From IMG/VR virus record IMGVR_UViG_3300048930_000871: a stretch of 20,000 nt of DNA; one strand, 5' to 3'. Shown here one piece after another: positions 1 through 8,721 of this stretch (within the stretch, counting starts at the first letter, position 1; each line of letters begins with the position of its first letter). Source of the DNA: an uncultured virus (IMG/VR IMGVR_UViG_3300048930_000871) (Duplodnaviria > Heunggongvirae > Uroviricota > Caudoviricetes). The position numbers were made by a program, and so were the translations under genes. The notes under the pieces are model-generated. The model saw nothing but the letters and a program-made list of their open reading frames with translations, was not told the origin of the DNA and searched no databases.

Positions 1-1238
1 GCTTCTTCGAGAATCAACCGACGACGCGCTGCCCATTCCGCCGCCCGCTGTTCCTGGCCCTGCTGAATTCTCCGGGCGTCTGCAGAGTATTCCTCCATAG
101 CGCCGCGTTCTTGAATATCAGCCCGCTCACGGTTGATAGCTTCCAGCTGCTGACGGGCTTCGGCGAGCTGCTGCTCTTGCTGCGCTCTGTTCTGTCCGGG
201 CGCGCCACCTCGTACGCCAAACGGAGTCACTTCAATCCGGCCAATCGACCGAATGCTTGTCTCTAGTTCCTGAATTGTCCGATTGGCTGCTCGAGCCTGC
301 TCATCGAGATAGACAATTCTCGCCGCCGGCCCGGAATTCGGGTTGGCGCCCTCGATTCCCTGGGCCGTGAGCGCCGTCACCTGACCAAGGTTGTTCAGCA
401 GTCGAGCCAGAAATTCCGTAGCTCCGATACGACGGTCGATAGCCGCGACCATCGCCAACGCGGCATCCTGCGCGACCTGCCAGCCCTGGCGAAGTGTCAG
501 GGGGAGACCCTGAAGCTGAGCCTGTAGAGCACCCCCCGCACGGAGCAAGGCTGGGAATACACGATCAGCCGTCAGCTTTCCCTCTTCACCCATCTGGCGA
601 AGCTGCCCAACGGTGACCCCCAATTCACGGGCCAGCGCCTGAGCGAGCTGGGGCATGTTCTCAAGAACAGATCGCAGTTCATCACCATTCAGCCTGCCGG
701 ATGCGAGACCCTGGGACAGCTGAGTGATGGCAGCGGCTGCCTCCTGTGGCGCTTGACCAGATAGCTGGGAGAAGCCGGCCAGCGTATTGACCAGACCTAG
801 AAGCTGCGCTCTCGTAGCGCCTAGAGAGGCGGTGGCTACCGAGAATCTTTGGAATTGGTTGACCAGGTCTTGAACAGGCTGCCCCGTACGAGCAGCGATG
901 TTCTGGATATCGGTGAACAGACCGACCGCAGAAGCTCGCGTGGTTCCAGTGATGACCTGAAGACGACGGATGGACGAGTTCAGATCATCAACCTGAACAG
1001 CCAGATTTCCGAGTGCCTGAAGTCCCTGTAGTCCCACATAGGCCAGGACGAATGCCTTCACGCTCTTCGCCGCCTCGTCGAACGACTTAGCCATCAGGCT
1101 AGTGCTCTGTTCGATCTTTGTATTGGCGCCTTGAGCCCGGGTCTCTATCTGACCCATCCTCGTCTCAACTCGCTTCAGCGAGGCTTCGAGGCCCTCCAGC
1201 TTCGCACTAAATGCGACGACGAGTTCGGCGGTAGCCAT
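1..1238 (-). CDS. Tail tape measure protein, N-terminal part (truncated by window edge)
   Basis: Not in the ORF track because it has no stop in the window. ATG at 1238 overlaps the upstream TGA (TGATG). Hand translation gives MATAELVVAFSAKLEGLEASLKRVE...QLSQGLASGRLNGDELRSVLENMPQLAQALARELGVTVGQLRQMVEEGKLT, the typical tape-measure domain, and the frame stays open to base 1. Confidence 0.95.
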   Translation of the reverse strand, partial: MATAELVVAFSAKLEGLEASLKRVETRMGQIETRAQGANTKIEQSTSLMAKSFDEAAKSVKAFVLAYVGLQGLQALGNLAVQVDDLNSSIRRLQVITGTTRASAVGLFTDIQNIAARTGQPVQDLVNQFQRFSVATASLGATRAQLLGLVNTLAGFSQLSGQAPQEAAAAITQLSQGLASGRLNGDELRSVLENMPQLAQALARELGVTVGQLRQMGEEGKLTADRVFPALLRAGGALQAQLQGLPLTLRQGWQVAQDAALAMVAAIDRRIGATEFLARLLNNLGQVTALTAQGIEGANPNSGPAARIVYLDEQARAANRTIQELETSIRSIGRIEVTPFGVRGGAPGQNRAQQEQQLAEARQQLEAINRERADIQERGAMEEYSADARRIQQGQEQRAAEWAARRRLILEE

Positions 1239-1849
1239 CAGAGATACTTCCTATTCAAGCGGTTTATCTCGGCCTGGATACCTCGATCGTAGGCATCACG
1301 TAGCTGAGCCCCGACCTCCCCCTGCGCATAGGAAGTTCCCTGCGCAGTAGCCTTCTCCCAGAAATGCGGGTTCTGCTTGCGTCCCCACATCATACCGCGG
1401 TTCGCACCAGCGCGAGTCTTGCGTTGACGCGTCCCTAGAACAACTAGATGAAAGTGCGCTGCCCTGGGCGCCAGCACCGTCATCTGTGCCGCCTTGCGGG
1501 ACTTACGCGCCCTGCCGGGAGTGCGGCCGCTGCTCTGTCGAGTCAGCCGAGAAGACCGAGTAGAAGTCGCCCCATATGCGATGGCACGCGATATAGTGTT
1601 CGGAAACGACTTCACCCGGCGAACTCGAGATGCCCGGATAGCCCGCCACAGCCTTGCAGATTCCGGCTTGCGACGAGGCTTCCTTCTGTCTCGGGGAGCC
1701 AATCGCTTGGCTATTCTGGCTGTCCGCTGCGCTTGCTTGAACACCCAGGCGTCCATAATCTTCTTGACCACCCGCCCAGGCAGATTCTTCATCGCGCTGA
1801 CGAATTCTCGCCTGCCCAGGATTACGGCGCTTCCGGTGTTCAGGGCCAT
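1238..1849 (-). CDS. HK97 gp10-like tail completion protein (putative)
   Basis: Very basic 203-aa protein with gp10-like motifs (AKRLAP..., G/SARLWRAI, HFHLVVLGT, PHFWEKA); lies in the tail module. Confidence 0.7.
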   Translation of the reverse strand: MALNTGSAVILGRREFVSAMKNLPGRVVKKIMDAWVFKQAQRTARIAKRLAPRDRRKPRRKPESARLWRAIRASRVRRVKSFPNTISRAIAYGATSTRSSRLTRQSSGRTPGRARKSRKAAQMTVLAPRAAHFHLVVLGTRQRKTRAGANRGMMWGRKQNPHFWEKATAQGTSYAQGEVGAQLRDAYDRGIQAEINRLNRKYL

Positions 1850-2184
1850 TACAGCGAACCCCCCATCTGCAGGATGAACGCCTTCATGTGAATAGCCTCG
1901 CGGTCTTCACCTTCTTGTTCGGCGTATGTCTTCTCAACACCACGTCGTATCAACATGAACGAGTCGATGTCGTACCGATGCCGCTTGGAATTGATGTTCG
2001 CCATCGTGGACGCGATGATCGCGGCCCCCAGGTCTACCCTCTCTTCCACAAACGGCTCCATGGCGTAGAACTCCTGCCAGTCGTGATACTCAGCTAGGGA
2101 GAGTCGCTCTCCGAGTTCATCGACGGTAGTTCCCCCAATGGCAATGGCGAGCCGGTGGAGGAACCGCTCGTCACGTCCAAAGGG
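1849..2184 (-). CDS. Tail assembly chaperone, frameshift extension (gpT-like part of G-T)
   Basis: FLHRLAIAIGGTTVDELGERLSLAEYHDWQEFYAMEPF is the typical gpT pattern. It lies in the -1 frame relative to the upstream chaperone and is entered at C-CCT-TTG. The track's start at 2535 is spurious. Confidence 0.85.
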   Translation of the reverse strand, partial: PFGRDERFLHRLAIAIGGTTVDELGERLSLAEYHDWQEFYAMEPFVEERVDLGAAIIASTMANINSKRHRYDIDSFMLIRRGVEKTYAEQEGEDREAIHMKAFILQMGGSL

Positions 2185-2426
2185 CTCTTTCTCGGCTGGG
2201 ATAGTTTCCCAACCGCCTCCGACAGAACGTCGAACACCCGAAGTGGCAGTTCGTAGACTCGTTCGATTCCAAAGGATTTCCCCTTGTCGTCGATGAGCAT
2301 GCCGGCGAGCATGCGGTAGGCGAATTCGTCGTTGGGATGCTTCCGGGTCTCCAGATAGTCCGCAAGGCGCGGTTCCCGAAGACGGAAGATGTCCCCGTCG
2401 ATATTCAGCTCCTGGACTTTCAACAC
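2094..2426 (-). CDS. Tail assembly chaperone (gpG-like)
   Basis: 110 aa, GTG start with GAGGAG RBS, directly after the major tail gene, overlaps the T frame. Confidence 0.85.
   Translation of the reverse strand: MLKVQELNIDGDIFRLREPRLADYLETRKHPNDEFAYRMLAGMLIDDKGKSFGIERVYELPLRVFDVLSEAVGKLSQPRKSPLDVTSGSSTGSPLPLGELPSMNSESDSP
2178..2184 (-). promoter_or_regulatory. -1 programmed ribosomal frameshift heptamer C-CCT-TTG
   Basis: X-XXY-YYZ pattern in the correct phase of the G frame (AGC CCT TTG); the -1 frame reads CCC TTT GGA CGT GAC = PFGRD, the start of the T region. Confidence 0.8.
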
Positions 2427-2438
2427 GACGGGGACTCC

Positions 2439-3083
2439 TCAGGCTTGCTTGTCGAGATAGACCGGCGCTTCCTTGATCTGGAACGTGCCGTTGAACGTCA
2501 CGGCCTGTTCCACACCCGGCGGGGCGGCAGCCCAAGAAGATACGACGCCCGCCATGATGCCCGTCTGCCCGCCACGGGTGATCCAGATCATGTTGCGCGT
2601 CAGGCCATCCTTCTGGGCCTTAATCAGCTCCTTTTGTCCGGCATCGCTGAGATCCAGCGGGCCGCTGAAGGTGGCCGAACCGGGGCTGCTGAGGCCGGCG
2701 ACATTCCGACGTTCCAGGTCACACATCGTGGTGACGTCGACCTCGCCCGGCTGCGAGGCTTCATTGCCGAATTCGGAGAAGCAGGTCTCGACCAGACCAA
2801 CCTTCCGCATGGTGCCGGCCGTCGCCGTTCCGGTCTCGGCCGTGGTGTCCGTCTCGACAGTAACGCTCGTGGCGGTTGCCAAGAATACCCGATGCGCCGT
2901 CAGCCGGTCGAGCGTCTTGAAGCCCGTGCCCTGGATGACAATGAAGTCACCCTTGACCAGAGTCGCACCGACCGTCGTGAGAACTGCCATCGTCGCCTTG
3001 GTTGCACCCGTGGCCGGCGTGGTTGCGGCGGTTGGCATGGTCTCCGTCTTGAAGACCGAGCCAATGGTGGATTCGCGTGCCAT
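2439..3083 (-). CDS. Major tail (tube) protein
   Basis: 214 aa with siphovirus tube motifs (EVDVTTMCD...VAGLSSPGSATFS, DAGQKELIKAQ, GVEQAVTFNGTFQI); GGAGG RBS; lies between terminator and chaperones. Confidence 0.9.
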   Translation of the reverse strand: MARESTIGSVFKTETMPTAATTPATGATKATMAVLTTVGATLVKGDFIVIQGTGFKTLDRLTAHRVFLATATSVTVETDTTAETGTATAGTMRKVGLVETCFSEFGNEASQPGEVDVTTMCDLERRNVAGLSSPGSATFSGPLDLSDAGQKELIKAQKDGLTRNMIWITRGGQTGIMAGVVSSWAAAPPGVEQAVTFNGTFQIKEAPVYLDKQA

Positions 3084-3086
3084 GAA

Positions 3087-3509
3087 TTAAGACCCTCCTC
3101 TGGTCTGGTATCGGTAGTTGAGACTCACTGCCAAGCGATACATGTCGCCGACAGCTTCGGTATCGGGAGCGGTCGGGGGGTCCACCGACTGGATCCAGAG
3201 CGTGCGCTCAGGATTGATCCACATCTCCCAGGCTTTCGTGACGACGTCGGCCATTGCGGCGATATCATCGTCGGATATACCCGAATAGCCGACCAGCGCA
3301 ACCGAGGCACTGCCCTGCTCTTCGATCCAGGGGCGGCTGCCCATGGTCTCGTGGTTGCGGACAGAGGCGTCGAATATGAAGCTGCCCCATATCGGAACCT
3401 CGGTCTCGCTGAAATCAACGGGTTCGTTGATCGTTGCCACAAAGGGCAGCGAAGGCGTGAGAATAGGCCAGTACGCGATAAGCGTCTGACGAACGTAGAT
3501 ATTACTCAT
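3087..3509 (-). CDS. Tail terminator protein (putative)
   Basis: 140 aa immediately upstream of the tube gene, ending in a beta-rich YRLAVSLNYRY; called mainly from synteny. Confidence 0.65.
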   Translation of the reverse strand: MSNIYVRQTLIAYWPILTPSLPFVATINEPVDFSETEVPIWGSFIFDASVRNHETMGSRPWIEEQGSASVALVGYSGISDDDIAAMADVVTKAWEMWINPERTLWIQSVDPPTAPDTEAVGDMYRLAVSLNYRYQTRGGS

Positions 3510-3802
3510 CCTCGCACCCTCAGCATATACACGATGGGTTCGCCCCTCAGGGTCTCCTCGTGTGCTTCCTCCACCGCCCGTATCTGACCGCGGACCTTTA
3601 CGCGATCAAACTTCGTGGGCAGAGAGGGAACATCGCCAACACGAATGTAGACGATGAAGGCCCCCACTTCGAAATCGTTGAACAGTGAGTCCGCAACGGG
3701 GGACTGAACAGACGCCGTGATGAAGAGGGTCGAGCCTCCCTTTGGGGTGAACTCGATGGGTTCCCCGTACTTCGCGATCGTCTTGTCAATGGAGTCTTTC
3801 AT
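3506..3802 (-). CDS. Head closure / head-tail joining protein (gpFII-like)
   Basis: 98 aa with GEPIEFTP...PTKFDRVKVRG pattern; ATGA coupling on both sides; synteny. Confidence 0.7.
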   Translation of the reverse strand: MKDSIDKTIAKYGEPIEFTPKGGSTLFITASVQSPVADSLFNDFEVGAFIVYIRVGDVPSLPTKFDRVKVRGQIRAVEEAHEETLRGEPIVYMLRVRG

Positions 3803-4470
3803 GTCCCCACCAGAACGAACCTGGACCGCAGAGGATCCAGAACGCCCTTGTAGGGGGAGAGAGCATCGACGGACAAACCCCCCGCGCCGGAAGTGCGGAT
3901 GGTCTGCAGATTGCCGGGCACGGCATACTCGACCCGAAGAGTGCCGATTGTGACAGCCTTTTCGGGAGGAACTCCGGAGGCATTTCCGCCAAAGTCCTCG
4001 TACCCGAGAGCGATCATCTGCTGCTTGATCAACTCCATGACGACCATGCGAAGACTGGCCGGCAGGGTTTCGTAGCCGGCGGAGTATAGGACCTCTGTCT
4101 CGGGGCCGGCCGGAATGAGGACTCGCGAAGTGGCTTTGTTGAGAATGATCGTGTCGTTGATCGATGTGATCTCGTCCAGCGGTGTTTCGCGAAGGAACCG
4201 ATCACCATTGCGATCTTCGATATCGCGCCACACTTCCCTGAATTCCATGTAGCTTAGATACCGTCCGGTGTAATCCCGAATCAGCTGGCTGACGGCTTCG
4301 ATGGAACCGATCAGCTGGATGTCCATCGGAGATTCCAGCGGATAGGTGATGCCGAACCAGTCTTTCGTCTCCTGCTCGGTGACCAGGCCCGGGATAGGAT
4401 CGGTCACCACGGAGAAGTCAGAGAACCGGCTGCTGGTGATTCGTCCGGGCTCGTATAGATTCTGGCTCAT
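3799..4470 (-). CDS. Head-tail adaptor (gp6-like with inserted domain)
   Basis: [10 protein letters not shown]...[20 protein letters not shown]...[10 protein letters not shown]...[20 protein letters not shown] pattern. Confidence 0.8.
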   Translation of the reverse strand: MSQNLYEPGRITSSRFSDFSVVTDPIPGLVTEQETKDWFGITYPLESPMDIQLIGSIEAVSQLIRDYTGRYLSYMEFREVWRDIEDRNGDRFLRETPLDEITSINDTIILNKATSRVLIPAGPETEVLYSAGYETLPASLRMVVMELIKQQMIALGYEDFGGNASGVPPEKAVTIGTLRVEYAVPGNLQTIRTSGAGGLSVDALSPYKGVLDPLRSRFVLVGT

Positions 4471-6047
4471 TCTTCGCCCTCCACCTTCATGGGCACCGCG
4501 ATGACTTCACCACCATCCATAGTCATGACTACGCCCGAACCTTCCCACAGGACGTTCTGAATTCCCCGACCGCGGGGACCTTCCGGACCCCTCGGGCCTT
4601 CTGGACCCGGCGGGCCAGCTTCTCCGCGCATGCCGCTCTTTCCACGCTGCGAAACCAGCCTCCACTCTGCGCCGGGGGGCTGGGTATCGGTGACGGCGAG
4701 TGCTCGCCATGTTGCCCCGTTGACCGCGACTTCTTGGTTCGGCTGGTAGAATACGCCTTCGGTCCATGGGCCAACGTGTTCGACCGGAGATAGCGAAAGA
4801 TCGAATTGCTGACGAGTCCCATCAGAAAGGATGTAGGCCAGAGTGGCCTTCTGTCCATCGGGCGCGTATTCGAGGTCCACCTTCTGCACCCCGTTGACGA
4901 CGAGGAACCAGTTTGCGTCTTTGTCCGGGGAAGACAACGTCGCGTTTCGCGCATACCACAGACCTCCTCTCCAAACCCCCCAGGTATCCGCAGGGGCACC
5001 CTGCCCATCTGCGAGTATCGTGGGTGGCGGGATTTGCCCCGCAGGACCCGCTGGACCCTGGGCGCCCGGCATGCCCTGCACACCCGGCTCGCCAGCGGCG
5101 CCACGTTCTCCGGCTTCGCCTCCCGGACCCGGAGGGCCAGGAGGTCCCTCTTTTCCCGGGGGGCCGGGGGGTCCAGGAGGGCCCGCCTCGCCTGCTTCGC
5201 CGTCTCGCAGGGAGCTGATGCGTTCTTCGGCCTTCGCCAGCATTTCGGCGTTCTGGGCCTGAAGACGTTCGATTACCTGAGTGGCCTGTTCACGAATTTC
5301 CAGGACTTCGCGTTCAGTTTTCTGGACTGCCAGCCCCGCTGTCGTATGGACATGGGTGGTCAGCTCGGAAAGATCCACTGCGGCCAGGGTGCTTTCCACA
5401 AATTCCAGTCGACCACCCAAATTGTCGATGGTCTTCGTGGCTTCTGCCAGGACATCAGTGAGATCTGAGCTGTCCACCTTCAGGATGAGTTCCTGCACGG
5501 AAGTCTCAGCCTTCTTCTCCAGCGTCTCGAGTCGCTCAGACAGGAGAATGCGGAACTGCTGCTCGTCTGTGAATCCCGTATCGACTCGTGACGACAGTGA
5601 CCAGAAATTGTCCCCCCGCTTGGGCAGGTAGTCAATTGAAGAAAGCACCAGCGACTGAACTCCGCTCAGCGTCACGGATGAATCGCTGAGATTCGCGGTA
5701 AACATTTCCAGATCACGAAGCTTCGAACTGAGCGACTCGACTTCAGCCTGGGTGCGGGACAACTCCGTCCGGGTGTTGTCCAAAACTCTTGCTGCGATGC
5801 GCTCGATGTCATCCAGGGTGTGGACACTGGCGGCCGCCGCCTTGTCACTCAACTGCTCCCGTAGTTTTCCAGCCTCCGACTTCAGGGCGGCCACCTCCAT
5901 CGTGAGGATGTTGTTCGCGGACACGGCGGCCAGAGCTTCTTCCTTAGCCGCAGCGGCCACCTTCTTCAGCTCTTCGATCTGTGGCTTGATAACCGCCTTG
6001 ATCGCGAGCGTGACATCAACGATGATCTGCTTCGTGTTCACGCCCAT
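4467..6047 (-). CDS. Portal-adjacent virion protein: coiled coil, collagen (Gly-X-Y) segments and Trp-rich repeat modules
   Basis: About 280 aa helical N-terminus, about 19 GXY triplets, two modules (WRGGLWYA...W and [16 protein letters not shown]...W), then a second GXY run. Confidence 0.75.
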   Translation of the reverse strand: MGVNTKQIIVDVTLAIKAVIKPQIEELKKVAAAAKEEALAAVSANNILTMEVAALKSEAGKLREQLSDKAAAASVHTLDDIERIAARVLDNTRTELSRTQAEVESLSSKLRDLEMFTANLSDSSVTLSGVQSLVLSSIDYLPKRGDNFWSLSSRVDTGFTDEQQFRILLSERLETLEKKAETSVQELILKVDSSDLTDVLAEATKTIDNLGGRLEFVESTLAAVDLSELTTHVHTTAGLAVQKTEREVLEIREQATQVIERLQAQNAEMLAKAEERISSLRDGEAGEAGPPGPPGPPGKEGPPGPPGPGGEAGERGAAGEPGVQGMPGAQGPAGPAGQIPPPTILADGQGAPADTWGVWRGGLWYARNATLSSPDKDANWFLVVNGVQKVDLEYAPDGQKATLAYILSDGTRQQFDLSLSPVEHVGPWTEGVFYQPNQEVAVNGATWRALAVTDTQPPGAEWRLVSQRGKSGMRGEAGPPGPEGPRGPEGPRGRGIQNVLWEGSGVVMTMDGGEVIAVPMKVEGEE

Positions 6048-7399
6048 ACCTCCGCGACCAGGTTTTCCAATTCCTCGGCCGACATATTTTCGCCCTCCTG
6101 CTCCTCTTCCTTCTTGTTATCCGGAGGGGGTGTCTGCTTTGCACCGCCCGGCGGGTTAGCCGCAGGGGCGGATGGAGCAGTCTCCGGAGGCTTGGAAGCG
6201 AACGAAAGGGGAACGACCTGCGCCTGGACGCGAGGTTCATCGCCGAATTTCACGGAAGGCAGCCCTTCCCGGGCACGGCCTTCATTGGGGGAGAACAATC
6301 CCCCCTGGATGCCCTTGACTATTCCCTCGATGCGAGCAGCGAAGTCGGCCCGCAGAAGATAGTCGGCATCGAATGCAATCCACTCACCTTCAGGCAGCTG
6401 GAACAGGAAATCCAGTGCGAGTTCGATGTGTTCGAGAACATAGCCCAGTCCCGTGGCGAGCCAGTTCTTCATCAGCACTTCGGTGTTGTTGTAGGTCTGG
6501 CCGCCAATTTCTCCGATGATAGGCAGCGGCGTACGGAAGACGCGCGCAATGTCTGCGACGCTCATCTTGTACGATTCCACGACCGCGGCATCCACCGCAT
6601 TCATGGACAACGCCTGCCATTCAACCCCGTTCTGCAGAACTGCTGCCCTACCAGAGTTCACGCCCTGATAGGCACTCTGCCATTCGGTGCGCAGCACTTC
6701 AACCATTTCTGGCTTCAGTGTGCCCGGAGTCTTCAGGTAGCCGCTCGGCCGGGCCATGTTCTTGTGGAACGCGGCCATCGCCTCCTGGATCGCATTTCCA
6801 CTGTCGATCGCATAGGCGGCTGCCAACATCGGCGATTCTCCGACGAGTGGCGATACCGGCGTGTGCATGCGGATATGGAGAACATCGCGAGCGGGGTAGA
6901 AATCCCCCACCACAGGATCTGCACCGGGAGCAATGGGGTCCTGCGGGAAAGTGTAGTAGACGCTGCCATCTTCTGGATTGATGTACGGCGTCGTATTGTT
7001 CGGCCGCATCAAATGCAGGCCGCTGATCTCGTTTCGATTGTTGCGCTCAGCCAGTGCGTACCCGTTGCCGGTGACGAGTTCGGCCCGCACAAGATTAAGG
7101 AAGAAATCTGCCTTGGTCTGGTAACCGTTGGGGCGGCGAAGAACTCTGGAAGCAGCTGAGTTCTTAACTCGGTCGCTCCCACCTCTGTCGTTTTCCCTCC
7201 AGTGACCGATAGGAAGCATCGCTACCGTCTGCGTTATCGCCCCGATGCAGGCCTCTACGACGGCGTTTCGCCCGGTGGCCGGGATACGAAATCCCTGCTG
7301 CCACCACGTGATCGGCCAGAAAGAGGGGGGCTTCCGGGTATCATCCCCCCGCCAGTAGCGGCCGATGACGGATTGTGCGAACGACTGGATAGCGCCCAC
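6038..7399 (-). CDS. Portal protein, HK97 family
   Basis: [52 protein letters not shown] motifs; GTG start with GAGGAG RBS. Confidence 0.97.
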   Translation of the reverse strand: MGAIQSFAQSVIGRYWRGDDTRKPPSFWPITWWQQGFRIPATGRNAVVEACIGAITQTVAMLPIGHWRENDRGGSDRVKNSAASRVLRRPNGYQTKADFFLNLVRAELVTGNGYALAERNNRNEISGLHLMRPNNTTPYINPEDGSVYYTFPQDPIAPGADPVVGDFYPARDVLHIRMHTPVSPLVGESPMLAAAYAIDSGNAIQEAMAAFHKNMARPSGYLKTPGTLKPEMVEVLRTEWQSAYQGVNSGRAAVLQNGVEWQALSMNAVDAAVVESYKMSVADIARVFRTPLPIIGEIGGQTYNNTEVLMKNWLATGLGYVLEHIELALDFLFQLPEGEWIAFDADYLLRADFAARIEGIVKGIQGGLFSPNEGRAREGLPSVKFGDEPRVQAQVVPLSFASKPPETAPSAPAANPPGGAKQTPPPDNKKEEEQEGENMSAEELENLVAEVWA

Positions 7400-7411
7400 G
7401 ACGGGAACTCC

Positions 7412-7600
7412 TCAGGTGGGAACAGTTCCCTTTGGAACAATGACGTCCCCAGCGGAGATTCCGGTCGCCAGATTGGCGTCCGAAAGTGCCACCACCAGAG
7501 TCTTACCGCGATAGACGCCATTGACGAAGTGGCAGTCCGTCATGGTATTCTTCTCTGCACCGCCGACCTGGGCTGGCGTCAGGGGAGTTGGGAACGGCAT
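7412..7600 (-). CDS. Small putative capsid-associated protein (paralog 3, shared domain only)
   Basis: 62 aa, in operon; PLTPAQVGG...GVYRGKTL...GDVIVP is shared with the two upstream genes. Confidence 0.7.
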   Translation of the reverse strand: MPFPTPLTPAQVGGAEKNTMTDCHFVNGVYRGKTLVVALSDANLATGISAGDVIVPKGTVPT

Positions 7601-7603
7601 GGC

Positions 7604-8185
7604 TCAGCCCTCCCCACCGCTGATCGTATCTTCCACCTCGTGTAGGGTGAAAGACGATTCGTTGCTGTTCGCCCCATGGATGGTCTGCACACGAACCATC
7701 ACGTCCATGGGGCCCTCGAACGACAGATTGTCGAACTGCGCACTCAGGGACGATGACGAGACGAAGGTCACAGCATCCGCCTCGACATCGTCGAGGAAGA
7801 CCATGTCGCTGTCCGCAAAGTCAGTGCCCGAAATGACCAGGGCAACACTGGCGGACGTGTAGGCGGCCGATGTCGGTGACATTCCGGTGATGGCCGGTGT
7901 GCGAAGATCGGGCGGATCCGGCGGGGATTCGGGGAACAGATGCTCGATCGGCGAAGATGGGATCAAGGTTCCCCCCTGGACCGCTTCGGCCAGCCCGTCA
8001 TCGGTCAGGTTGTTCGCGAGCAGCATGCCCGCATACGGGCCAGACGTCCGCACTCCCAGAAACGAGGTCTCGTCGATTTGCCCGCCGATGGCCGCGGACG
8101 TTGCCGGAGGCGGTGCTCCGGAAACCGTATCCTCATGCGCCACCGGAACCTCGCCGGGCGGATTCGGATCGTAGATATCGGACAT
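7604..8185 (-). CDS. Putative capsid decoration protein with IPT/TIG-type Ig-like domain (paralog 2)
   Basis: PAITGMSPTSA...LVISGTDF...VTFVSSSSLSA...SNESSFT is IPT/TIG-like; GGGAGG RBS. Confidence 0.75.
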   Translation of the reverse strand: MSDIYDPNPPGEVPVAHEDTVSGAPPPATSAAIGGQIDETSFLGVRTSGPYAGMLLANNLTDDGLAEAVQGGTLIPSSPIEHLFPESPPDPPDLRTPAITGMSPTSAAYTSASVALVISGTDFADSDMVFLDDVEADAVTFVSSSSLSAQFDNLSFEGPMDVMVRVQTIHGANSNESSFTLHEVEDTISGGEG

Positions 8186-8197
8186 AAAAGTCCTCCC

Positions 8198-8638
8198 TCA
8201 GGTGATGGTGAAGGTGGCGTAGTTCGTGATGACCTGTCCGGCCACCACGACGACCAGCTGGACAGCCCCGGCCGACGATGGAGTGAGAACGGCCCTCAGT
8301 TCCGTCGGGCTGACGTAGGTCGTTGGAAGAGCGACGCTGCCCCCAGAAACCATGAACACCACGCTTGAGGGGCTGAACGAGGTGCCCGTGACGGTGATCT
8401 CGATCGGTGTGTCTGAGTGCGCGATGGTGTTCGGGGTCAGCGTGGGCGATGCCATGAGCGCCCAACGATTACGCGGAAGCTGGATCTCGCCCGCCAGCAC
8501 AGCATTCGTGAGATCAGTGCCGCTGTTGAACGCCAAGAGAAGTCCCCGAAAAGGCCCCTTCAGGCCGTACCCGAACGCGACGCTGGGGACTACTTGACCG
8601 CCTATCTGAGCTGGAGTCAGGGGAACCGGGTCTGCCAT
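8198..8638 (-). CDS. Putative capsid decoration protein with IPT/TIG-type Ig-like domain (paralog 1)
   Basis: LTPNTI...ITVTGTSFSPSSVV...LPTTYVSPTELRAVL is IPT/TIG-like; follows the capsid gene; GGAG RBS. Confidence 0.75.
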   Translation of the reverse strand: MADPVPLTPAQIGGQVVPSVAFGYGLKGPFRGLLLAFNSGTDLTNAVLAGEIQLPRNRWALMASPTLTPNTIAHSDTPIEITVTGTSFSPSSVVFMVSGGSVALPTTYVSPTELRAVLTPSSAGAVQLVVVVAGQVITNYATFTIT

Positions 8639-8688
8639 ATCAAGTCTCCGAGGTCACGGTGTTATCCGGATTCTCGGCCTTCACCGAG

Positions 8689-8717
8689 AAAAGGAGGGGA
8701 GCCGAAACCCCCCTCCT
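8689..8717 (-). terminator. Intrinsic terminator after the capsid gene
   Basis: Minus strand AGGAGGGGGGT-TTCG-GCTCCCCTCCT followed by TTTC, a few nt after the stop codon. Confidence 0.8.
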
Positions 8718-8721
8718 GAAA

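Noticed and set aside
2204..2210. GGGAAAC as the frameshift site
   Set aside because: It reads GGG-AAA-C in the chaperone frame, the wrong phase for X-XXY-YYZ slippage.
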